Shown: positions 1 through 8,766 of the stretch, in pieces
Position numbering within the stretch: the first letter of the stretch is position 1
How the letters are laid out: each line of letters starts with the position of its first letter
Source of the DNA: Acidobacteriota bacterium
GTDB lineage: Bacteria; Acidobacteriota; Blastocatellia; Pyrinomonadales; Pyrinomonadaceae
Direction of reading: 5' to 3'
Assembly (NCBI GenBank): GCA_003223025.1
Contig: QHXR01000011.1
Coordinates: 30,053-94,052, forward strand
DNA length: 64,000 bases
Notes under the pieces: model-generated
Database searches by the model: none
Told to the model about the DNA's origin: nothing
What the model saw: the letters and a program-made list of their open reading frames with translations, nothing else
Translations under genes and position numbers: made by a program

Positions 1-145
1 AGCCACCCAGCGGATATACCGATCAGGCAAGCAGGCATCGAATATCACCTTGCCGGTTCGCGCGGCGGCGCGATAGTAATCTTATTTTTTTCGTTGGTAG
101 TTTTTGACAGTTAGGTAATAACAAGTGGCTCGGCATCGTTATTCG

Positions 146-290
146 AGCACCAAAGGTGCGACGGTAAATTACCCAGAGGCGAAGGCCAGCTCTGAAGCAC
201 CAAAGGTCCGCCGGTAATTTACCCAGAGGCGAAGGCGCAGCTCTGAAGCACCAAAGGTGCGACGGTAATTTAGCCAGGGGCGAAGGCTTG
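146..290. repeat. three tandem copies of a ~50-nt unit (146-195, 196-246, 247-~290)
   Basis: The unit agcaccaaaggtgcgacggtaa(a)tt(t)a(c/g)cca(g)aggcgaaggc..cagctctga is read directly three times head to tail. The third copy is also the left terminal inverted repeat of the next element. Confidence 0.85.
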
Positions 291-450
291 GCGAAGCCCC
301 TGGAACTCGGCCACACAATTGCGCGAGCCGCAACGCGGCGTAGTAATTGTTTTACCTCGCCGCGTTGCGGCTCATCGAATCTCAACGTCGATACCAGGGG
401 CTTCGCAAAGCCTTCGCCCCTGGCTAAATTGCTGTCGCACCTTTGGTGCT
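247..450. repeat. MITE-like palindromic element with ~57-nt terminal inverted repeats
   Basis: 247-303 (agcaccaaaggtgcgacggtaatttagccaggggcgaaggcttggcgaagcccctgg) matches the reverse complement of 394-450 with about 4 mismatches. The core holds a perfect 16-bp hairpin, gagccgcaacgcggcg (325-340) / cgccgcgttgcggctc (358-373). No credible coding capacity. Confidence 0.8.
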
Positions 451-556
451 TTTATAACGATGTCAGGGACTTTTCCAATGTCAATAATGTCTGCACTTGA
501 GAGTTAGGAAATGAATCGATGGCTTCCTGCGAAGCCCTCGTACTAATAATGTCGTC

Positions 557-1768
557 ATGAATAAATTTGATAATCGAAAAATTCGTCGCACGTTCTTGCC
601 GGCGATATTTAGCGCGGTTGCGATCGCACTGTTCCTTTTCCAAAATGCCTCCGCGCAAACCATCAACATCGAACGCGTCGTCACGGAGCTCGAGCCCGAA
701 ATTCAGCGCATGTTGGTCGAAGGGAAAATTCCATCGTGCTCGATCGCGCTTGTCTCCGGCGACAAAATTATATGGACCGGAGCTTACGGCTATTCGAATC
801 TGTGGGCGCGGACGCCGGCGACGCCGAGCACCGTCTACGTCATCGGTTCGACATTCAAAGCGATGTCCACGGTGGCTCTGCTTCAGCTTATGGAGCAGGG
901 AAAATTTAAGCTCGATGATAAAGTCAACGACTATCTCACCGAATTCAAAATTCAGGGCGAGGATCCAAAAAATCCTGTTACGTTTCGTCACTTGCTCACT
1001 CACACGTCCGGCCTTCCGGGCGGGTTCGGGGCTTATTCCGTTTGGGGCGATACAGTGCCGCCGCCGATGGCTGAATTTCTTAGCAAATCGTTGGTGATCA
1101 GTAAGCCCACCGGATCCGAGGTTATCTACTCGAACACGGCGTATACGCTTATCGGCTATCTGGTTGAGAAGCTCTCGGGCGTTCCCTACAAAAAATATAT
1201 TCAGGACAATGTCTGGACACCGCTCGAGATGACGAACACGGCGTTCGAGCCGACGCCGACGATGGACGAACGGATGTCGGAGCCTTATGTGGTTGATGAA
1301 AAAACCGGCAGCCAGGTCCCGACAGTTCGGGTCAAGGCATCAGTCTGGCCGGCGGGACTCGTGTACGGTACGATCTACGATCAATCCAACTGGCTGATCC
1401 TCAACCTCAACAACGGCATGTTCAAGGGCAAACGAATCATCGGCGAGAAAACGATGGAGCAGATGTTCACGCGCCAGTACGACAAGTTCAAGGGCGGCAT
1501 CGAAGGCATCTGGGGAAATGAAACCGCCGGGTTCGGACTGACATGGTGGGCACAAGTCCGTGACAATGATCGTTACTTCGCACATAGCGGCAGTCTCGGC
1601 GGCTACACTGCATTCCTTCTCGGCAATCGCGATCGCAAACTCGGATTCGCCATTTTGACGAATGGCAATCGCGCACACCCGCATCTTTTCAAACTCGCCG
1701 ATCGCGCGATGGATCTGATGAAGAAACATTCAAGTGCGGAAAAAGCCGTTACAGCTCCCGGACATTAG
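557..1768 (+). CDS. secreted serine hydrolase, beta-lactamase / DD-peptidase fold (paralogue 1 of 3)
   Basis: 403-aa ORF with ATG at 557. Hydrophobic N-terminus ends in NASAQ (signal-peptide-like). S-x-x-K motif GSTFK, Y-x-N motif YSNTAY, and an HSG triad near the C-terminus. Confidence 0.85.
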   Translation: MNKFDNRKIRRTFLPAIFSAVAIALFLFQNASAQTINIERVVTELEPEIQRMLVEGKIPSCSIALVSGDKIIWTGAYGYSNLWARTPATPSTVYVIGSTFKAMSTVALLQLMEQGKFKLDDKVNDYLTEFKIQGEDPKNPVTFRHLLTHTSGLPGGFGAYSVWGDTVPPPMAEFLSKSLVISKPTGSEVIYSNTAYTLIGYLVEKLSGVPYKKYIQDNVWTPLEMTNTAFEPTPTMDERMSEPYVVDEKTGSQVPTVRVKASVWPAGLVYGTIYDQSNWLILNLNNGMFKGKRIIGEKTMEQMFTRQYDKFKGGIEGIWGNETAGFGLTWWAQVRDNDRYFAHSGSLGGYTAFLLGNRDRKLGFAILTNGNRAHPHLFKLADRAMDLMKKHSSAEKAVTAPGH

Positions 1769-1771
1769 ACG

Positions 1772-3418
1772 ATGATGAAATACTTTCGAACCTTTTTCGC
1801 CGCATTGCTTGTTTGTTTGATCGCACTCAGCGGGTGGATGCCTGTTGCCGCGCAAACGAGCGAACCGATCTATGACATCGTCATCCGGAACGGACGCGTG
1901 CTCGACGGCGCCGGCAATCCGTGGATCGCAGCGGATGTCGCGATCACGAACGGAAAGTTTGTCCGCATCGGCAAGATCGGTGGAAAAGGAAAGCGCGAGA
2001 TCGACGCGACGGGCAGATACGTTTCGCCGGGTTGGATCGACATGCTCGATGCATCGGGCAGCGTGCTACAGAAAAACGGCCTCGCTGAAAGTAAGCTCCT
2101 GATGGGCGTGACAACCGGCATCGGCGGCGAAGGCGGAACTCCCGTTCCGGCGGAGAAGCTCGCCGAATACTTTACCGAGCTCGAGAAAACCGGCATCAGT
2201 ATGAACTTCGGCACGTACTATGGCGCGACGCAGGCCCGCGTTGCCGCGATGGGCGAGGATGCACGCGACCCGACTCCCGAAGAGCTTGAGAAAATGAGAG
2301 CGCTCGTTGAGACTGCGATGAAAGGCGGAGCGCTTGGAATATCGACTGCTCTGATTTATCCACCGGCGAGTTATTCAAAAACCGAGCAGCTCATAGAACT
2401 GGCGAAGGTCGCCGGACGATACGGCGGAGTTTACTCGAGCCATGTGCGCGGCGAAGGCAAAGAACTTGTCGAAGCGATCACGGAAGCGATAACGATCGGA
2501 GAAAAGGGTGGACTACCTGTCGAGATCTATCATCTCAAAGCGGCCTATCAGCCAGGCTGGGGAACGCTGATGCGTCAGGCCGGTGAGACGATCGAAAAGG
2601 CGCGAGCACGTGGAGTAGATGTTGCGGCGGACATGTATCTTTACACGGCAGGCGGCACTTCGTTGTCGGCCGTTGTTCCTTCGTGGGCAGCCGAGGGTGG
2701 TCGCGACAAATTGATGGAGCGGCTCAAAGATCCTACGTCTCGAGCTCGTCTCAAAAACGAGATCAAGACCGGCTCACCAGGCTGGTGGAATATTGTCGAA
2801 GCGGCCGGAGGTTGGAAACAGGTCGTGCTTGCTTCGTCCGCAAATCCGGAACACAAGCGATTTGAAAATAAAAATATCGAGCAGATCGCAAAGGAATGGA
2901 ATAAGGATCCTGCCGACGCTGCATTCGACATAATCGTCGAAAGTAACGGCCGTGCGGGAGCACTTTATTTCCTGATGACCGAATCGGACATTGAAACCGC
3001 GATCAAATATCCGTGGATAAGTTTCGGAAGTGATTCCGCTGCGTCACCTACGTTGGTCGATCCGAACACAGCCGGAAGCGGCCATCCGCGGGGTTACGGA
3101 AACTTCCCGCGTGTGATCGCCGAGTACGTGCGCAAGAAGAAACTGATCACGCTTCCCGATGCGATCCGAAAGTTGACGTCGTGGCCCGCAACGCGACTGC
3201 GGCTAGATTCGCGCGGAATGATAAAGGAAGGAATGTGGGCCGATGTCGTGATCTTTGACTTCGATAATATTCAAGACGGAGCGACCTACGAATATCCGTT
3301 CAGGACACCGACAGGAATTGATTACGTGATGGTGAACGGACAGGTCGTTATCGAAAAAGGAAAACATACCGGCGCACGGCCCGGCAAGGTGGTTTACGGA
3401 TCCGGCCGTCTGCGGTAG
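1772..3418 (+). CDS. N-acyl-D-amino-acid deacylase (D-aminoacylase) family amidohydrolase, secreted
   Basis: 548-aa ORF starting 4 nt after the upstream stop. Has a signal-like N-terminus. Family-typical stretches are YDIVIRNGRVLDGAGNP, SPGWIDM, YSSHVRGEG and EIYHLKA. The usual HxH after the GFID-type motif is not visible (IDMLDAS). Confidence 0.75.
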   Translation: MMKYFRTFFAALLVCLIALSGWMPVAAQTSEPIYDIVIRNGRVLDGAGNPWIAADVAITNGKFVRIGKIGGKGKREIDATGRYVSPGWIDMLDASGSVLQKNGLAESKLLMGVTTGIGGEGGTPVPAEKLAEYFTELEKTGISMNFGTYYGATQARVAAMGEDARDPTPEELEKMRALVETAMKGGALGISTALIYPPASYSKTEQLIELAKVAGRYGGVYSSHVRGEGKELVEAITEAITIGEKGGLPVEIYHLKAAYQPGWGTLMRQAGETIEKARARGVDVAADMYLYTAGGTSLSAVVPSWAAEGGRDKLMERLKDPTSRARLKNEIKTGSPGWWNIVEAAGGWKQVVLASSANPEHKRFENKNIEQIAKEWNKDPADAAFDIIVESNGRAGALYFLMTESDIETAIKYPWISFGSDSAASPTLVDPNTAGSGHPRGYGNFPRVIAEYVRKKKLITLPDAIRKLTSWPATRLRLDSRGMIKEGMWADVVIFDFDNIQDGATYEYPFRTPTGIDYVMVNGQVVIEKGKHTGARPGKVVYGSGRLR

Positions 3419-3552
3419 ATCCAGTTGCATCTTTAATTGCTCGATAGCTTTAGAGACCGTGTCAAAACTTGAGAAATGTCAGCGTGTGCTATCGGTCTTG
3501 TGGGCACTCCGACTCCAGATCGAACCTCATTCGAATCGCGTAGCGATCGTAT

Positions 3553-3688
3553 GCATTTAGCCGTGGCCCTTCAGGCCACGGAAAATCAGATCGTATCCGC
3601 GTCGCGTAAGCGACGCCTGAATTCAGCCGTCGCGACGCGACGCAATCTTTTGCGAAATGCCGTGGCCTGAAGGGCCACGGCTAAACGC
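3553..3688. repeat. MITE-like palindromic element with ~33-nt terminal inverted repeats
   Basis: gcatttagccgtggcccttcaggccacggaaaat (3553-3586) matches the reverse complement of 3654-3688. Each arm is itself a hairpin (gtggcc/ggccac). The core has a further hairpin, gcgtcgc-gtaa-gcgacgc, at about 3599-3616. Confidence 0.8.
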
Positions 3689-3758
3689 ATGGGGCCGCTA
3701 ACGCGGCGGGGAATTCGGAGTAGCCTCTTTAGCCGGTGGATGTGGGAGATAGCGAAAA

Positions 3759-5726
3759 GTGAAAAAACTAACCGCAGTGATCGTAATCGGTTTGCTCTTT
3801 GTGTCGGTATTTGGACAGGTTCCTCAATTGCCGACCAGCCCGGATCGCGAGGGAGAGCCTCGACTTCCAGCGGACAGCACGCCCTCCGCTGTCCACGCGT
3901 TGGCAGCCGCCGACCTTGAGGCTTTCCTGGACGGTATTGTTCCCCAGCAACTTGAAAGAGAGAACATCGCCGGCGCGACCATCTCCGTCGTAAAAGACGG
4001 AAAGCTTTTGTTCGCGCGCGGTTATGGTTATTCGGATGTTGCGTATAAGAAACCGGTCGTGGCGGAGGAGACATTGTTCCGACCCGGCTCCGTTTCGAAG
4101 CTGTTTACATGGACAGCGGTAATGCAGCTGCAGGAACAAGGCAAGCTGGATCTCAATCGCGACGTAAACGATTATCTCGATTTCAAAATTCCCGACGCGT
4201 TCGGACAGCCGATCACGCTGACCAACCTACTGACTCACACTCCCGGATTCGAGGAACAGGTCAAAGATCTTTTCGCCACGGGCGATGTGTCACCGGATCT
4301 CGGGCAATATCTCAAAACACATATACCCACTCGGATCTATCCTCCCGGAACGGTTCCGGCGTATTCGAATTACGGAGCAGCACTCGCGGGATACATCGTC
4401 GAGCGCGTCTCGGGGCGGCCGTTTAGTGACTACGTCGCGGAAAATATTTTTCAGCCGCTCGGCATGACTCATTCGACATTCGTTCAGCCGCTGCCGGCCG
4501 AGTTTCGTCCATCGATGTCCAACGGCTATCGACGCGGGTCCGATGACAACACAGTACCGTTTGAAGTAGTGGTTCCATTTCCTGCCGGAAGCTTGAGCAG
4601 CACGTCGACCGACATGGCGAAATTCATGCTCGCGTTTTTGCAGGGCGGATCACTCGGCGACGCGCACATCCTGCGTCCCGAAACGGTCACTCTGATGCAC
4701 AGCCGCCTCTTCGGATTGGATCCGGCAGCTCTCGGAATGGCTCACGGCTTCTATGAAGAATCGCGCAACGGACATCGGATCGTCGGTCACGCCGGCGATA
4801 CCATCGCCTTCCATAGCGACCTTCATTTGATCCCTGATGCGGGTGTCGGATTTTTCGTGTCGTACAACAGCGGCGGCAACGGAGCAGTATCACCTCGAAC
4901 CATTCTCTGGGAAGCTTTTCTGGATCGTTACTTTCCTTTCACGCCGGGCGCCGAGCCGACATTGGACAGCGCGAAAGACGACGCTCGAGCCGTCAGCGGA
5001 ATGTACATGGGAAGCCGCCGCGCAGAAACTTCGTTTCTGAAGATCGCGTCGATCCTGGAAGAAACAAATGTATCGGCACGCGATGACGGAACGATCGAGA
5101 TCCCGGCCTTGAAGGATCCAAACGGAAATCCGAAACGCTGGCGTGAAGTCGCTCCGATGACGTTTCGCGATGTCAACGGTCAGGACCTTCTTGTTTTCAG
5201 ACCCGATGCAGACGGCGTGATGCAGTTGATGCTTCCGTACCCTTTCATGGTCTTTAAGCGAATCGGAACTTGGGAAAGTTCGAAGATCCTCGTGCCGGTT
5301 ATCGGAATTTCGCTTTTTATAATGCTCCTCACATTACTCCTGACTCCGATCGCGTGGCTCGTCAGAAGGCATTACGGTCAAACGCTCGAGCTCACGCCGC
5401 TGCAGCGAAAATTGCGGACCGGAATATGGATCGTGTTCGCGCTCGATCTGATCTTTGTCGTCGCATTTGTCAGCTTGATCACTTACGCCATAACCCATAT
5501 CGACATACTTAGCGACAGCGGCAATAAATGGTTTTGGTTGATCCAGGTGATCGGCATTCTCGGCGCAATTGGAACCCTTCTCGTACTCTTTAATGCGGTG
5601 AACGCGTGGCTCGGAGGACGAAGGATCTGGGGTAAACTTCAGGCGACCTTGCTCGCACTGGCATGCGCTGGATTTCTTTGGTTCGCGTATGTCGGAAATC
5701 TATTGATATTCCGTTCGAGTTATTGA
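3759..5726 (+). CDS. serine hydrolase, beta-lactamase fold, with a C-terminal multi-pass membrane region (paralogue 2 of 3)
   Basis: 655-aa ORF with a GTG start and signal-like N-terminus. Motifs S-x-x-K (GSVSK), YSNYG and HAGDT. The last ~170 aa contain about 4 hydrophobic helices. Confidence 0.85.
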   Translation: MKKLTAVIVIGLLFVSVFGQVPQLPTSPDREGEPRLPADSTPSAVHALAAADLEAFLDGIVPQQLERENIAGATISVVKDGKLLFARGYGYSDVAYKKPVVAEETLFRPGSVSKLFTWTAVMQLQEQGKLDLNRDVNDYLDFKIPDAFGQPITLTNLLTHTPGFEEQVKDLFATGDVSPDLGQYLKTHIPTRIYPPGTVPAYSNYGAALAGYIVERVSGRPFSDYVAENIFQPLGMTHSTFVQPLPAEFRPSMSNGYRRGSDDNTVPFEVVVPFPAGSLSSTSTDMAKFMLAFLQGGSLGDAHILRPETVTLMHSRLFGLDPAALGMAHGFYEESRNGHRIVGHAGDTIAFHSDLHLIPDAGVGFFVSYNSGGNGAVSPRTILWEAFLDRYFPFTPGAEPTLDSAKDDARAVSGMYMGSRRAETSFLKIASILEETNVSARDDGTIEIPALKDPNGNPKRWREVAPMTFRDVNGQDLLVFRPDADGVMQLMLPYPFMVFKRIGTWESSKILVPVIGISLFIMLLTLLLTPIAWLVRRHYGQTLELTPLQRKLRTGIWIVFALDLIFVVAFVSLITYAITHIDILSDSGNKWFWLIQVIGILGAIGTLLVLFNAVNAWLGGRRIWGKLQATLLALACAGFLWFAYVGNLLIFRSSY

Positions 5727-5780
5727 GTTGAGTAAGATGATCGGAGAAGATCAAGGAATCAAGGAGAGCATTCTCAGTTC

Positions 5781-6083
5781 ATGTTGCGCATAGATTCTTA
5801 CTTTTCGATAGAAACAGACTTGGCAGGCGAAATGAGGTCGTGGCCGGAATTTGTAGACGGATTCGAGTATTCGGTTGATCTAAAAGATAGTGCTACAGGT
5901 GAGGAAGTAACGGTTCGTTTTATCGAACCAAAAACTGACGACGATAGTCCGCATGTTCAAATCCGTTCCAACCAATACGGAACGCTGTTTGATCGAGTTG
6001 TCGGGCGCACTGTTTTCGCAATGAGCGCCCACACAGACGACCTAATGCTAATGAGGTGGCCGGATTCAAAGAATTCAAACTGA
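5781..6083 (+). CDS. hypothetical protein (100 aa), acidic, no signal peptide
   Basis: ATG ORF with aaggagag upstream. Visibly more AT-rich than the flanking hydrolase genes. No recognisable motif. Confidence 0.4.
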   Translation: MLRIDSYFSIETDLAGEMRSWPEFVDGFEYSVDLKDSATGEEVTVRFIEPKTDDDSPHVQIRSNQYGTLFDRVVGRTVFAMSAHTDDLMLMRWPDSKNSN

Positions 6084-6133
6084 CGCACTAACAAGAGACG
6101 ATGGGTGATGACTGATCTTTGCTTTCCTGTTTC

Positions 6134-6220
6134 CGTGTCTCTCCGTGTTTTCGGTGTATTCCGTGGTTATCTTGTTCGCAATAACCACGGAATACACGGA
6201 AAGCACGAAAGAGCGAAACG
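6134..6220. repeat. palindromic intergenic repeat, family A (divergent copy)
   Basis: Arms cgtgtctctccgtgttttcggtgtattccgtggttat (6134-6170) and ataaccacggaatacacggaaagcacgaaagagcgaaacg (6181-6220) are imperfect reverse complements. Related to the copies at 8651-8742 and 27421-27567. Confidence 0.7.
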
Positions 6221-6255
6221 AGAATAACCCAAAGCGAACCACCGCTAAAAGATTT

Positions 6256-8631
6256 ATGGATGCAGCAAACCGGATTCACAGAAGAGCCTCAATTTTCGCA
6301 GTCGTCTTTTCTTTAAGCCTCATCATCAACTCCATCGCTCCTCTGCCGATTCGGGCGCAATCTTCTCGCATCGATTACACGCCGGCAATCGAAGCGCTGG
6401 AGAAATTCGTTACGCATGAGATGGCAGATAAAGATCTGCCCGCTGTTTCGATCGCGCTTGTCGACGACCAACAGATCGTCTGGTCCAAAGGTTTCGGCTT
6501 TGCCGATCCGGTTAAAAAAATTCCGGCTACGTCCGAGACCGTTTATCGTGTCGGCTCGGTCTCGAAACTTTTCACCGACATCGCGGTTATGCAGTTGGTC
6601 GAACAGGGGAAGCTCGATCTCGACGCACCCGTGAGTCGTTATCTGCCGAGCTTTCACCCGCGCAATCCATTCGGTAAACCGATCACACTCCGTCAATTGA
6701 TGTCGCATCGTTCGGGCCTCGTCCGCGAGCCGCCGTTAGGCAATTACTTCGAAACGACTGAGCCGTCGCTCGCGCGGACGATCGAAAGTTTGAATCAGAC
6801 GTCGCTCGTTTACGCGCCCGAATCTCGTATCAAATATTCAAACGCCGCGATCGCGATGGTCGGATATGTACTCGAGAAAACGCAGAAGGAGCCGTTCGCA
6901 AAATATCTAAAACGCGCGGTGCTCGATCCGATCGGACTCGAACATAGCAGTTTCGAACCGACTCCGAGTCTCACAGCAAATTTAGCGAAGGCATACATGT
7001 GGACGATCGACGGTCGCGTTGTTGAAGCTCCGAAGTTCCAGCTCGGGATGAGTCCGGCCGGCAGCATGTACACGACGGTCGGGGACATGGGACGGTTCAT
7101 GAGCACGTTATTCGCCGGCGGACAGAGCGCAAAAGGCCGGATGCTCAAATCGTCGACGCTCGACCAGATGTGGACGCCGCAGTTTGCACCGGCGGATCAG
7201 AAAAAAGGATACGGCATCGGTTTTAATATCGCCGATCTCGAAGGCCATCGCGCGATCGGTCACGGTGGTGCGATCTACGGATTTGCAACTTCTTTAAAAG
7301 CTCTTCCCGATGAAAAGCTCGGGGTCATTGTCGTCACGACAAAAGATTCCGCGAATGCGGTGACGAATCGTATAGCCGACTTCGCGCTAAAAGCGATGCT
7401 TGCAGCACGCTCGGGAACCGCAATGCCTGAGCCTGAGATCACATCCCCGATCGATCCCGAGTTTGCGAAGCGGGTCGCGGGGCGGTACGTGAACGGAGCC
7501 AAATCTATCGAATTAATTGAGCGCGCCGGAACACTCTCGAAGCTCAGTTCGGATGGCGGCGACCAAGTACGACTGCGTAGTCTCGGCAGTGGATTGATCG
7601 TCGATGACAAGCTTAGCTACGGCGAAAAGATCATCGTCGGTGAGAACGATATCGTCATCGGCGGCGAAACGTTTCAGCGAGTCGAAGTTCCCAAACCACC
7701 GCCGGCGCCCGACGCGTGGCGCGGATTGATAGGCGAGTACGGATGGGATCACGACATCCTTTATATCTTCGAAAAGGATGGCAAGCTCTGGGCATTGATC
7801 GAATGGTTCGAGTTCGATCCGCTCGAGCAGGTTTCCGAAAACGTTTTCAAATTTCCCTCTCATGGCCTTTACGACGGTGAGCGACTCATCTTCAAGCGTG
7901 ATAAAAACGGACACGCGATCGAGGTTACTGCCGCAAGCGTCGTGTTCAAACGTCGCAGCGTCGGGCCGGAAGACGGTACCGCTCAGCTTCGTATAAAACC
8001 TGTCAGGCCAGTAAGCGAATTGCTCAAAGAGGCGCAAGCTGCGTCGCCGCCGAAAGAGACCGGAGACTTTCGCAAATCCGAGCTGACCGAACTCACACGG
8101 CTCGATCCGTCGATCAAGCTTGATGTTCGTTACGCGACGACGAACAATTTTTTAGGCAGTGTTTTTTATTCGGAGCCGCGTGCGTTCCTTCAACGCCCGG
8201 CAGCGGAAGCCGTCGCATGCGTCAATCGTAAGTTGAAAGAACTCGGTTACGGACTGCTCATCCACGACGCCTATCGGCCGTGGTATGTCACCAAGGTATT
8301 CTGGGACGCGACGCCGCCGGACAAGCATATCTTTGTCGCCGATCCGTCTCAAGGTTCACGTCACAATCGCGGCGCGGCTGTCGATCTTTCGCTTTACGAG
8401 CTGAAGACTGGAAAGCCCATCGAGATGGTCGGCACGTACGACGAAACAACAGATCGTTCGTACCCCGGTTATCCCGGCGGAACATCGCTCCAGCGCTGGC
8501 ATCGCGCGCTGCTACGCGATGCCATGGAGTCGGAAGGCTTCACCGTCTACGACGCGGAGTGGTGGCATTTCGATTACAAGGATTGGCGAAAATATACTAT
8601 CGGCAACGAACGCTTCGACAAGATCAAGTGA
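6256..8631 (+). CDS. secreted fusion protein: beta-lactamase-fold serine hydrolase + middle domain + VanX/DdpX-type D-Ala-D-Ala dipeptidase (M15D)
   Basis: The ORF track starts at a GTG (6145) inside repeat A. The ATG at 6256 gives MDAANRIHRRASIFAVVFSLSL..PIRAQS, which is signal-like. N-domain motifs are GSVSK, YSNAAI and HGGAIYG. The C-terminal ~200 aa carry LIHDAYRPWYVT, GSRHNRGAAVDLSL and AEWWHFDY, the VanX-family zinc-site signature. Confidence 0.85.
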   Translation: MDAANRIHRRASIFAVVFSLSLIINSIAPLPIRAQSSRIDYTPAIEALEKFVTHEMADKDLPAVSIALVDDQQIVWSKGFGFADPVKKIPATSETVYRVGSVSKLFTDIAVMQLVEQGKLDLDAPVSRYLPSFHPRNPFGKPITLRQLMSHRSGLVREPPLGNYFETTEPSLARTIESLNQTSLVYAPESRIKYSNAAIAMVGYVLEKTQKEPFAKYLKRAVLDPIGLEHSSFEPTPSLTANLAKAYMWTIDGRVVEAPKFQLGMSPAGSMYTTVGDMGRFMSTLFAGGQSAKGRMLKSSTLDQMWTPQFAPADQKKGYGIGFNIADLEGHRAIGHGGAIYGFATSLKALPDEKLGVIVVTTKDSANAVTNRIADFALKAMLAARSGTAMPEPEITSPIDPEFAKRVAGRYVNGAKSIELIERAGTLSKLSSDGGDQVRLRSLGSGLIVDDKLSYGEKIIVGENDIVIGGETFQRVEVPKPPPAPDAWRGLIGEYGWDHDILYIFEKDGKLWALIEWFEFDPLEQVSENVFKFPSHGLYDGERLIFKRDKNGHAIEVTAASVVFKRRSVGPEDGTAQLRIKPVRPVSELLKEAQAASPPKETGDFRKSELTELTRLDPSIKLDVRYATTNNFLGSVFYSEPRAFLQRPAAEAVACVNRKLKELGYGLLIHDAYRPWYVTKVFWDATPPDKHIFVADPSQGSRHNRGAAVDLSLYELKTGKPIEMVGTYDETTDRSYPGYPGGTSLQRWHRALLRDAMESEGFTVYDAEWWHFDYKDWRKYTIGNERFDKIK

Positions 8632-8650
8632 AGTGAAATGCGGATTTTCT

Positions 8651-8742
8651 CGTATTCTTTTCTTGTGTGATTCGCGTGTTTCGTGGTTGATTCTTTTCCA
8701 AGCCGAACCACGAAATACACGAATCACACGAAAAAGAACACG
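8651..8742. repeat. palindromic intergenic repeat, family A
   Basis: cgtattcttttcttgtgtgattcgcgtgtttcgtggtt (8651-8688) pairs with aaccacgaaatacacgaatcacacgaaaaagaacacg (8706-8742). Confidence 0.8.
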
Positions 8743-8766
8743 AATCAACTGTTACCGGAATAAATT

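Noticed and set aside
1-76. Possible 3' end of a plus-strand gene entering the window (...ATQRIYRSGKQASNITLPVRAAAR*).
   Set aside because: It is too short and featureless to support, and no motif is present.
146-290. Possible small CRISPR array, because of regularly spaced ~50-nt repeats.
   Set aside because: The units are directly adjacent with no spacers. Only three copies exist, the last one is the arm of a palindromic element, and no cas genes are in the window.
23-385. 120-aa minus-strand ORF and overlapping plus-strand ORFs at the window start.
   Set aside because: They run entirely through the tandem and inverted repeats. Their translations repeat (KLPSHLWCFRA...), as expected for repeat DNA rather than genes.
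6145-6255. The GTG start at 6145 for the hydrolase-VanX fusion gene.
   Set aside because: The extra 37 codons lie inside repeat A. The ATG at 6256 yields a normal signal peptide.
6088-6279. Short ORFs over the family-A repeats (also 8512-8748, 8519-8770, 27355-27675, 27458-27670).
   Set aside because: They are translations of palindromic repeats, with recurrent FRVIRVFRG-type strings on both strands. No RBS or coding context.
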